Part shown: one piece after another, positions 26,194 through 34,122 of the stretch | How positions within the stretch are numbered: the stretch's first letter is position 1 | Layout of the letters: each line of letters opens with the position of its first letter | Origin: Eubacteriales bacterium | GTDB lineage: Bacteria > Bacillota > Clostridia > Oscillospirales > CAG-272 | Length of the DNA stretch: 64,000 nt | Assembly (NCBI GenBank): GCA_045658925.1 | Contig: JAZOVV010000070.1 | Location: 5,526-69,525 of the forward strand | Direction: 5' to 3' | Made by a program: the position numbers and the translations under genes | The notes under the pieces: model-generated | Told to the model about the DNA's origin: nothing | Databases searched by the model: none | What the model saw: only the letters and a program-made list of their open reading frames with translations

Positions 26194-28188
26194 ATGAAAA
26201 AATCATTGACGATTCTGCTCATTGCAGTATTATTGTTACCTTGTCTTTTAGCTAGCTGCACGCCTGCTATGGTCTTTGGTTCTCCGCTCTTGTTACCGCT
26301 TTTACTTCCGGATGAAGAGACCACCACAGCGAACTCCGAAACAACCGCTCCCGATGCCACCGAGACCTGCACACACGAAGCAACCGAATGGGTTATTACC
26401 GAAAATGCAACCTGCAGTAAGGCAGGCGCCAAATCCAAGCAATGTGTTTCCTGCCAAAAGGTTTTGGAAACCGCCACAATCGCAACCACGGCTCACACCG
26501 AAGAAATTATTGGTGGAAAAGCCGCTACGTGTAGCGAAAAAGGCTTAACAGCCGGCAAAAAATGCTCGGTTTGCAAAACCGTAATTTTGGAACAGCAAGA
26601 AATTGCCGCGCTTGATCACAACGAGGGCGACTGGATTATTGACAAGTGTGCCGAAATTGGCACAGCGGGCAGCAAACACAAGGAATGCACCCGTTGCAAG
26701 ACCACAATACAAACCGAAACGATTCCCGCTATTTCGGAATCTCACGCCCACCAAGGAAAGGTGTGGATCGTTGTAACCCCTCCCACCTGCAAGGAAACAG
26801 GTATCCGCCATTTGATTTGCGATTGCGGCAAGCAAATGGACTCTGACGTTCTTGCTATGACTCCTCACACCGAGGAAGTCATTTTGGGCATCGCGGCAAC
26901 CTGCACCGCATCGGGCAAAACCGATGGAAAGAAGTGCACCGTTTGCTCGTCCAATACTGTTTCTCAAGTTGTTATTCCTCCTCTCGGTCACTCCTTTAGT
27001 GACGGCACCTGCCAAGCCTGCGGTATCAGCGAGCCCTACGGCGTTTGGATCGTAGACGGTCTTGGAAATCCCGTTAGCGGCATTATTGTTAAGGTAATGC
27101 AAAACGGCGAACAAGTCAAAATGTATCCCTACAACGGTGAATTCCTTTCCATGAATTTGGAATCGGGCACCTACCAAATCGTTCTCGACCTTGCACAGTT
27201 GAGCGGAAGCTATACGTTTGACGAATCTCTTTGCACTCTTACCCCCGAAAAGCCCTCCACAACGATTCGACTCATACAAACCGTCACCGAAGAAACGGTT
27301 GTATACGTTGGCGATCCAATTGCTGCCGATTATACCGCTTATTACATCAAAGAAGGCGCAACAAAGGTAACTTTGACGCCTAATGACTATACGTTCTTCA
27401 TTTTCCACCCTACCACCGCAGCAATCTACACTATTACGTATGAGAGCAACTCCAACTTGACTATCAGCTATCACGGCGGCTCTTTCTTTGTTCAAGGCAG
27501 CGACCTCAGCAAAGATTCTTCCGGATTTTCGGAATATAAAAACGGCCTTGCATTTAGCATTTACGCAAGCAATCTCGGTGGCGAATACGTATTTGCTGTA
27601 AAATCCACAACCGAAACCTCTTGCGTCCTCAAAATCAAGAATGAGGGCGATCCCGGATCAAGAATTGAAGATGCTCCTTGGACCCCTTACCTTGAGGATG
27701 TCGCAATGGTAGAAAAGCAGTTGAACACCACGGTCAGCGGCACTTATACTACTATCGATGTGACCGACCTTTCCCTGAAGGCTGTCTACAATACAGAGGA
27801 TGGCTACTATCACCTCGGTTCTGTGAACGGTCCCATCATCTTTATTGATTTGACGTCGGATACACAGTTCATTAACAGCATTCAAACCATTTGCGGCTAC
27901 CAAAGAATGGGATCGTATATTTATGACGTTAACGGAGAACTCGTAGAAAAGCGCGCCTACAACGAGCTCTTCTACCAATACGGTATGCCCACAAGCGCCG
28001 ACGCAACGGTCGACTCCCCCATTCGCATCCCTCTCACCCTAAAGCTCGCCGAGGCAATTCAAAACTTTGGTGAGGAAAACGCTTGGTGGGATCCCACATC
28101 CTCCGGCAATATATTTACTCCTGCATTGCTCGGTGCACCTTACAATCAGGAATACGCATGGCTGCTCTTCTGCGGTTACTATGCATAA
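26194..28188 (+). CDS. Lipoprotein built from 4-Cys repeats (same family as the giant protein at 1..7214), a carboxypeptidase-regulatory-like domain and the shared C-terminal module
   Basis: AGGAG RBS. Signal peptide plus lipobox: MKKSLTILLIAVLLLPCLLASC. Repeats: ATCSKAGAKSKQCVSCQK, ATCSEKGLTAGKKCSVCKT, ATCTASGKTDGKKCTVCSS. Beta-sandwich segment: VWIVDGLGNPVSGIIVKVMQNGEQ. C-terminal EDGYYHLGSVNGPIIFIDLTSDTQ parallels ADGYYHVGTEDGPLLLVNLMGGTQ in the preceding gene. Confidence 0.85.
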   Translation: MKKSLTILLIAVLLLPCLLASCTPAMVFGSPLLLPLLLPDEETTTANSETTAPDATETCTHEATEWVITENATCSKAGAKSKQCVSCQKVLETATIATTAHTEEIIGGKAATCSEKGLTAGKKCSVCKTVILEQQEIAALDHNEGDWIIDKCAEIGTAGSKHKECTRCKTTIQTETIPAISESHAHQGKVWIVVTPPTCKETGIRHLICDCGKQMDSDVLAMTPHTEEVILGIAATCTASGKTDGKKCTVCSSNTVSQVVIPPLGHSFSDGTCQACGISEPYGVWIVDGLGNPVSGIIVKVMQNGEQVKMYPYNGEFLSMNLESGTYQIVLDLAQLSGSYTFDESLCTLTPEKPSTTIRLIQTVTEETVVYVGDPIAADYTAYYIKEGATKVTLTPNDYTFFIFHPTTAAIYTITYESNSNLTISYHGGSFFVQGSDLSKDSSGFSEYKNGLAFSIYASNLGGEYVFAVKSTTETSCVLKIKNEGDPGSRIEDAPWTPYLEDVAMVEKQLNTTVSGTYTTIDVTDLSLKAVYNTEDGYYHLGSVNGPIIFIDLTSDTQFINSIQTICGYQRMGSYIYDVNGELVEKRAYNELFYQYGMPTSADATVDSPIRIPLTLKLAEAIQNFGEENAWWDPTSSGNIFTPALLGAPYNQEYAWLLFCGYYA

Positions 28189-28212
28189 TGAAAAAACTTT
28201 TGGAGATTGATT

Positions 28213-28671
28213 ATGAGAAAAAACACATTTATGAAGTTTGTTGCAATTGTTTGCATTTTGGCTAGCGTATTGCTGATTGCTTGTGCTTGCAAGCAAGAGC
28301 CCCAAAACAATCAAGAAAGCAACACTACCGCATCAACGCAAACAACCGAACCCGAAAGCACCCCCACCGATCCCGTAACCGAACCTGTAACAGAGCCCGC
28401 ATTTACCGGCGTTATTTACAAAGTAACCGTGGTAGATGAAAACAATGCTCCCCTTGCAAATGCAATGATTCAACTTTGCAAAGACGAACTGTGCGGAATG
28501 CCCGGTTTCACCGATGCCAACGGTGTTGCAACCTTTGAGTATGACGCCCCCGCCAACTACACCGTAAAGGTTACTCTTGCGGGTTACACCGGCGAAGCCG
28601 AATACACCTTCCCCGCAAACTCGACCGAGCTGACTGTTCAACTCACCGCAGGTGCGGCAGAGCCTCAATAA
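28213..28671 (+). CDS. Small lipoprotein with a carboxypeptidase-regulatory-like beta-sandwich domain
   Basis: ATG 28213 with GGAG 7 nt upstream. MRKNTFMKFVAIVCILASVLLIACAC. IYKVTVVDENNAPLANAMIQLC...DANGVATFEYDAPANYTVKVTLAGYTG. Confidence 0.75.
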   Translation: MRKNTFMKFVAIVCILASVLLIACACKQEPQNNQESNTTASTQTTEPESTPTDPVTEPVTEPAFTGVIYKVTVVDENNAPLANAMIQLCKDELCGMPGFTDANGVATFEYDAPANYTVKVTLAGYTGEAEYTFPANSTELTVQLTAGAAEPQ

Positions 28672-28693
28672 GCAAAACAATTTTTGAATTTAC

Positions 28694-28736
28694 ATCTATC
28701 CCCGACGGCTATGTCCGTCGGGGATAGATTTTTTGT
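28694..28736 (+). terminator. Intrinsic terminator ending the lipoprotein operon
   Basis: Perfect 15-bp stem ATCTATCCCCGACGG / CCGTCGGGGATAGAT (28694-28708 / 28715-28729) followed by TTTTTTG. Confidence 0.85.
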
Positions 28737-28774
28737 ATTTGACGCATAAATATTCGCAAAACCCAAAATTTCTC

Positions 28775-28803
28775 TTGATTTTATTGCCGTTTGATGTTAT
28801 AAT
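28775..28803 (+). promoter_or_regulatory. Promoter for the CXXC-membrane-protein / polyferredoxin-thioredoxin operon
   Basis: TTGATT (28775-28780), 17 nt, TGtTATAAT (TATAAT at 28798-28803). Confidence 0.6.
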
Positions 28804-28858
28804 ATAGAATGAGATATTATGTTGTAAACATTCATTACCAATCGAAAGGAAGATTTGT

Positions 28859-29641
28859 ATGTCGAAGAAAGCTCTTCAATCCATACGCCTCATCTACGGC
28901 ATTGTGCTTTCCCTTATGCTAATTGTTACGGGAATACTGTTAATGATTGCGTGTGTGAACATTTATAAAATTGGCAACCGCCCGTTTACGGTAACCAATA
29001 TTTCCGCGGCGTTTGCAAAAATCGCAATTCCCGTTTGGATCACACTTGCCTTGAGTGTGATTGGATTGATCGGGATGCCGTTCCTCTCCACCGAGACCAA
29101 CACGCCCAAAGCAATTCGTGATAAGAAGGTTACATTGGCGCGCCTGCAAAAGAAAGTGAATTTGGAAGCTTGCGACGAAAACACGCTCAAACTTATCAAA
29201 AAAGAGCAAAAAACGCATACCGTTCTTCGTTTTGCGGCAATTTCGGCAATTTGTGTTGCAGCCATTCCGGCAATCATTTATACCTTTAACCTCAACCATT
29301 TCAGCGCCGATTACAATGCAAGTGTCATTTCCGCTTGCTTGTGGATTCTGCCCTGTTCGTTTGTGGCTATGGGTATTGGGGTAGCATTTTTGTATCTTGA
29401 AAACGCCTCGGTTGAGCGTCAAATCAAACACGTAAAAACTGCGATTGCCCAAACCAAAACCACACTCCCCGCAGGCGGAGCAGAAGAACACCGTAGCCAT
29501 GCAAAACTCATTACGGGTATTCGAATCGCACTGATCGTCATCGCGATTGCCCTCATTGTTGCGGGCATTTTGAACGGTGGAATGGCAGACGTGCTGTCGA
29601 AAGCCACGAATATCTGCACCGAGTGCATCGGTCTTGGTTAA
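28859..29641 (+). CDS. Five-TM membrane protein ending in a conserved-looking CXXC tail (..ATNICTECIGLG)
   Basis: AAGGAAG RBS. Five hydrophobic spans. The C-terminal 22 aa are GGMADVLSKATNICTECIGLG-stop (CTEC at 29615-29626). The stop codon overlaps the RBS of the next gene. The tail resembles what I recall as the 'CD1871A family CXXC motif-containing protein' (unverified recollection). Confidence 0.75.
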   Translation: MSKKALQSIRLIYGIVLSLMLIVTGILLMIACVNIYKIGNRPFTVTNISAAFAKIAIPVWITLALSVIGLIGMPFLSTETNTPKAIRDKKVTLARLQKKVNLEACDENTLKLIKKEQKTHTVLRFAAISAICVAAIPAIIYTFNLNHFSADYNASVISACLWILPCSFVAMGIGVAFLYLENASVERQIKHVKTAIAQTKTTLPAGGAEEHRSHAKLITGIRIALIVIAIALIVAGILNGGMADVLSKATNICTECIGLG

Positions 29642-29652
29642 GGAGGTTCGGT

Positions 29653-31233
29653 ATGAAGAAAATTTGGAATTGGTTAAAGGAACATAAACCCTCCAAGCGC
29701 AAACTGATTCAGGTTTATGCCGCATTACTCTTTAACGCAAACCTCAAAGGCTTCCGCACGGGTGACATTTACACAGGCCCTTTGAAAAACGTTTGCACAC
29801 CTGGTCTCAACTGCTACTCCTGCCCCGGCGCATCGGGTGCTTGCCCCCTCGGCGCACTCCAAAACTCGCTTGCATCCAGCAACAAAACCGCTCCCTACTA
29901 TCTTTTTGGCATTATCGTTTTATACGGCATGCTCTTTGGCCGTTGGATTTGCGGATTCTTGTGCCCCTTTGGCTTGATTCAAGAGTTGTTACATAAGATT
30001 CCCACACCCAAAATCAAAAAGAGCAAAGTTACCCGCGTATTTTCCTTTTTGAAATACGTCATTTTGGTCTTTTTTGTCATTCTTCTCCCCATCGCTTACG
30101 CATTTAGAAACTTCCCTCTGCCGGGCTTTTGCAAATACATTTGCCCTGCAGGAACCTTGGAAGGCGCTATGGGATTGCTCTCTAACAAGGTAAACGAAAG
30201 CTATCTTCGTATGCTCGGCCCACTCTTCACTTGGAAATTCCTTTTGATGATCTCCATCCTTGTGGCGTGCGTGTTCCTCTTCCGCTTCTTCTGCCGTTTC
30301 CTCTGCCCCTTGGGCGCGCTTTACGGACTCTTTAACAAAATCTCGCTGGTTGGCGTAAAAGTAGACCGCGCAAGCTGCACCGATTGCGGACTTTGTGTTG
30401 GAAAATGCAAAATGGACATCAAGCACGTTGGCGATACCGAGTGTATTCAGTGCGGTGAATGTATTTCCGCCTGCCCGACCAAAGCCATTCAATGGAACGG
30501 CTCCAAATTCTTCCTCGCCCCCAACGTAATCGATACTGCTCCGGCCGCAAGCAAGGAAGAAAAGCTCGCACTTGAATCTCGCGCAAAGAAGATTCAAAAA
30601 CGCAACACTGTCATCAAAATAACGGTTGGTGTGCTGATGGCGGCACTCCTTTGCACAACGCTTGTGTATTTCAACTTTATTGACGGTCGCGACGAGGGCG
30701 GTCTGTTGCCCAATCCCGAGGAAACGTACACCCCCAACCCGGGTCAAACCGATCCCGATGCTCCCCAAAAGCCCCCCGTGGGAACAGCAGTTGGCTACAC
30801 CTGCCCCAACATTTCGCTCGATATTGTTGGAAGCAACGAAAAATTCGACGTGCAAAAGGAAACCGCCGATGGCCGCGTTGTTGTTCTCAACTTCTGGTTT
30901 ACAACCTGCGGACCTTGCTTGGAAGAATTGCCTTATTTCTATCAAATGGCAACCGCTTATTCCGATAAGGTAAGCGTAGCGGCGGTTCACATTGAGCTGC
31001 CTAACGTAAACGTAACCGACTTTATTGCAAACGATTCGGGACACCCCGAATGGAACGACGGTACAATGTCTATCGCTTGGGATACAGGCTCGTACTGCAC
31101 CAAGCTCTTTAAGATTCAAGCCTGCCCCGTTACCGTTGTCATCAACGCAGACGGCGTGATTACCGATAAATTTGTCGGTAGCCTTACACACGCAGAGCTG
31201 ATTGCCGCTGTTGAAAAGGCACTCGGCGAATAA
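29653..31233 (+). CDS. NapH/NosR-type polytopic 4Fe-4S (polyferredoxin) membrane protein fused, through an extra TM helix, to a C-terminal TlpA-like thioredoxin domain (CGPC)
   Basis: ATG 29653 with AGGAGG (29641-29646). CX3CP-type motifs: CYSCPGASGACP, CGFLCPFG, CKYICPAG, CRFLCPLG. Ferredoxin motifs: CTDCGLCVGKC and CIQCGECISACP (about 30370-30480). Then the TM IKITVGVLMAALLCTTLVYF, a P/T-rich linker, and VVVLNFWFTTCGPCLEELPYF (CGPC at 30907-30918). Confidence 0.85.
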   Translation: MKKIWNWLKEHKPSKRKLIQVYAALLFNANLKGFRTGDIYTGPLKNVCTPGLNCYSCPGASGACPLGALQNSLASSNKTAPYYLFGIIVLYGMLFGRWICGFLCPFGLIQELLHKIPTPKIKKSKVTRVFSFLKYVILVFFVILLPIAYAFRNFPLPGFCKYICPAGTLEGAMGLLSNKVNESYLRMLGPLFTWKFLLMISILVACVFLFRFFCRFLCPLGALYGLFNKISLVGVKVDRASCTDCGLCVGKCKMDIKHVGDTECIQCGECISACPTKAIQWNGSKFFLAPNVIDTAPAASKEEKLALESRAKKIQKRNTVIKITVGVLMAALLCTTLVYFNFIDGRDEGGLLPNPEETYTPNPGQTDPDAPQKPPVGTAVGYTCPNISLDIVGSNEKFDVQKETADGRVVVLNFWFTTCGPCLEELPYFYQMATAYSDKVSVAAVHIELPNVNVTDFIANDSGHPEWNDGTMSIAWDTGSYCTKLFKIQACPVTVVINADGVITDKFVGSLTHAELIAAVEKALGE

Positions 31234-31252
31234 AATCCAACGATAAAGCAAA

Positions 31253-31288
31253 AGCAGAACAGACATATCGTTTGTTCTGCTTTTTTTA
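31253..31288 (+). terminator. Intrinsic terminator
   Basis: Stem AGCAGAACA / TGTTCTGCT followed by TTTTTTT. Confidence 0.8.
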
Positions 31289-31295
31289 TTTTATA

Positions 31296-31324
31296 TTGAC
31301 AAAAGTGTGAAATTATTGTATAAT
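31296..31324 (+). promoter_or_regulatory. Consensus promoter
   Basis: TTGACA (31296-31301), 17 nt, TATAAT (31319-31324). Confidence 0.65.
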
Positions 31325-31371
31325 TTAATTGTGCAGGCACTGTTTGCATAATGATTACAGAAAGGACAAAA

Positions 31372-33156
31372 ATGATGAAAAGCAAAGCAAAACTCTTTTT
31401 AGCCATTTCACTTTTAGTTTGTCTTCTCAGTTCCTTTGGAGCAAGTCTGTTCCAAACCAACTTCGGTGCTATCGAATACCACGACATGACCTTTGTTACC
31501 GAGAGCGGACACGAGCTTGACGCGCTCCTGCTCGTTCCCAAAACAGCTACCGAGGATAACAAAGCCCCTGCAATCGTCGTCAGCCACGGTTGGTATAACA
31601 ACCGCGAAATGCAAGACCTTAACTACGTAGAATACGCGCGCCGCGGATACGTGGTGCTCGCCATTAGTATGTACGGTCACGGTGACTCCGAGGTTATCGA
31701 GTCCAACACCTGGTGGAATGACGAAAACAATGCAAACGGCCTTTACGACGGTGTAAAATACCTCGCGACTCTCCCCTTCGTCGACACAACCAAAATCGGT
31801 GTCACGGGTCACTCCAACGGTGCTCTTGCTTGCCGCGAGGCGGTTCTTCAGGATGCGGAAGGTCTCATCGCCGCCGCTCTGCTCGTTTCCAACGATGCGG
31901 TATATTACGACGATAACGGCAGCTTCTATAACCAATTCGGTGCACGTGATGCCGCAATCGTTGCTTGCCAATACGACGAATTCTTCCACCGCGTTGAGGG
32001 CAGTGCTCCCAGAGACTACATCAACCAAGTAACTGCGCAATCCTTCTTGCACTTTGGCGTTGACCCCGCAGGGCTTGATGCGCGCAGTGCAGGCGAATTC
32101 TACTCGCAAGAAATAGACGGTGAGAATGCCATTCGCGCCATCTACAACCCTGCAATTACACACCCGTGGGCGCATTTTTCCGGTGACGTAGTTGCATTTA
32201 GCGTAGATTTCTTTGACCGCGCACTCGGCGCTCCCACAACCCTTGCACACAACAATCAAATTTGGCAATATAAGGCAGCCTTTAATGCTCTCGGTGTTGT
32301 CGGCTTCTTTATGTTCATCGTATCCTTGACGGTTGCTCTGCTCGACACCCGTTATTTCGGCATTTTAAAGACCGTAGAAAAGGTTGAGCCTTGGCCTGCA
32401 TTGGAAGGCGTTGCAGGCAAGAAAGCGCGCAGCAGAAGCTTCTGGGGCGCTGTATGGAGCATTCCCTTCTACTTCATCGGCTTTATCATTGGCTTTGTCG
32501 GTTCTATGATGATTGCTATATGGAATCAAGGCGGTTCCTTTGCCATCGGCGCGTGGTCGCTGCTTTGCGGTCTGTTCGCGCTTGGCACCGTTCGCAAGAT
32601 CAGATCCTCCTCCCTCCTCGACCGTTGGGAAAGAGGCGAGAAGATTGGCAAATACAAAATGTGGCGAACCGTTGTTCTCGCACTTACGGTTGTTGCCTCG
32701 GCATTCTTGCTTGTATTCCTCTCCGATTACTTCTTCCTGACCGACTACAGACTTTGGTGCTTTGCAACTATTCGAGCATTTGAAGCCAAGCATCTTGTCA
32801 AGGTTCTTTGCTTCCTGCCCTTCTGGCTTATTTACTATATCGCAACCAGTGTATGCAACAACTGCTACACCTACACAAAGCGCGGCTCTGTTGTAGCGCA
32901 AATGTTTTGGGCATTCATCGGCCCTGCGGCAATGATTGCCATTCAGTATATCACATTCTTTACCACAGGCAAGATGGTGCTTGACCCAGTGACCGGTATT
33001 ATGGGCATTTGGCTCTTCCCCATCGTCATCATTCTTCCTCTTTCCGTTCTTGTCAGCCATACCATCTACAAGAGAACGAAAAACCCCTACATTGGCGGTA
33101 TCATTATGGCGACTGTGGCGTGCATTATGACCGTAACAAACACTTTGACCGGCTGA
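31372..33156 (+). CDS. Alpha/beta-hydrolase domain fused to a C-terminal polytopic membrane domain
   Basis: ATG 31372 with an AAAGGA RBS. Signal/anchor MMKSKAKLFLAISLLVCLLSSFGA. APAIVVSHGWYNN and the nucleophile elbow GVTGHSNGA. The C-terminal 270 aa or so contain multiple hydrophobic spans. The membrane domain's family was not recognised. Confidence 0.8.
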   Translation: MMKSKAKLFLAISLLVCLLSSFGASLFQTNFGAIEYHDMTFVTESGHELDALLLVPKTATEDNKAPAIVVSHGWYNNREMQDLNYVEYARRGYVVLAISMYGHGDSEVIESNTWWNDENNANGLYDGVKYLATLPFVDTTKIGVTGHSNGALACREAVLQDAEGLIAAALLVSNDAVYYDDNGSFYNQFGARDAAIVACQYDEFFHRVEGSAPRDYINQVTAQSFLHFGVDPAGLDARSAGEFYSQEIDGENAIRAIYNPAITHPWAHFSGDVVAFSVDFFDRALGAPTTLAHNNQIWQYKAAFNALGVVGFFMFIVSLTVALLDTRYFGILKTVEKVEPWPALEGVAGKKARSRSFWGAVWSIPFYFIGFIIGFVGSMMIAIWNQGGSFAIGAWSLLCGLFALGTVRKIRSSSLLDRWERGEKIGKYKMWRTVVLALTVVASAFLLVFLSDYFFLTDYRLWCFATIRAFEAKHLVKVLCFLPFWLIYYIATSVCNNCYTYTKRGSVVAQMFWAFIGPAAMIAIQYITFFTTGKMVLDPVTGIMGIWLFPIVIILPLSVLVSHTIYKRTKNPYIGGIIMATVACIMTVTNTLTG

Positions 33157-33174
33157 TAATCCACAAAAACTTAG

Positions 33175-33205
33175 GCCGGAACCCATTCGGGGTGCCGGCT
33201 TTTTG
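33175..33205 (+). terminator. Probable intrinsic terminator
   Basis: Imperfect GC-rich stem GCCGGAACCC / GGGGTGCCGGC followed by TTTTT. Confidence 0.5.
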
Positions 33206-33220
33206 ATTGACGTTAAACGA

Positions 33221-33589
33221 TTATTTTAATAATTTGCTCTTTTGTGTTGCCGCAAAGCTGACGTTGGTTAAAAATTTGATAACGTCGTCGGGTGCGTCGG
33301 GAAGGAGAACCGAAACCCAATGGAGCTTATTCATGTGGTAAGCGGGATAGACGCCATCCTCGGCCCCAAAGGAGCCGAACATTTCGGTGGGCAATTTGAG
33401 GTTTACAACGTCGACGGATTCGTCGCTCGCCTGCCCGAATTTGCGCCGCGACACTTGCATTACAAGCGCATACCACTTGCGCGTATCGGCGTGCCGAAGT
33501 GCCGTGGTGACGAAATCATCCTCAAACGGAAAATCGGGCACTGTACCGTATGCGCTTATGCAATAATTGATCAAGTCTTGTTTTGTCAT
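33221..33589 (-). CDS. MmcQ/YjbR-family protein
   Basis: [12 protein letters not shown]...KWYALVM......VVNLK........[18 protein letters not shown] pattern. The ATG overlaps the upstream GNAT stop (ATGA at 33586-33589). Confidence 0.8.
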   Translation of the reverse strand: MTKQDLINYCISAYGTVPDFPFEDDFVTTALRHADTRKWYALVMQVSRRKFGQASDESVDVVNLKLPTEMFGSFGAEDGVYPAYHMNKLHWVSVLLPDAPDDVIKFLTNVSFAATQKSKLLK

Positions 33590-34122
33590 TTCTTCGCCTT
33601 CTCCCACTCTTCTTTTGTTAAAAGCAAAGCGTGCCCTGTGCGGACTTCGCCAAGGCGCTTGACCTCGATGCCCTCAGTGGTGTGGTGATAGACAAAGCCG
33701 AGTTTTTCCATCACGCGGCGGCTTTTTGTGTTGCCCTCGTAATGACCGCACCAGATGCGCGTCATACCGAGTTCTTCAAAGGCATAGCGAAGAAGCTCAC
33801 GCGAAGCTTCGGGAATGAGTCCTTGCCCCCAAAAAGGCTTGCCGATCCAATAACCGAGCTCGTATTCGTCCTCACGCTCGGCAAGATCTCTTCGGTGAAA
33901 GCCGATGCTTCCAATGGGCTTTCCGTCCGTTTTTCGACACACGGCATAGGTTTCGGGTGCAGAAAGCACCGTGCGAATGAGCTCGCGGCTATTCTCCACA
34001 CTCGTGTTTGGCGGCCATCCCGCAGGGGGCCCGATCTCGGGATCTTTAGCATATTCGTATAAATCTGCGGCATCCTCTTCGCGCCAAGGGCGCAGAATGA
34101 GACGTTCTGTTTCAAATGTCAT
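33586..34122 (-). CDS. GNAT family N-acetyltransferase (RimJ/RimL-like)
   Basis: [29 protein letters not shown]..., [26 protein letters not shown]. Confidence 0.85.
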   Translation of the reverse strand: MTFETERLILRPWREEDAADLYEYAKDPEIGPPAGWPPNTSVENSRELIRTVLSAPETYAVCRKTDGKPIGSIGFHRRDLAEREDEYELGYWIGKPFWGQGLIPEASRELLRYAFEELGMTRIWCGHYEGNTKSRRVMEKLGFVYHHTTEGIEVKRLGEVRTGHALLLTKEEWEKAKK

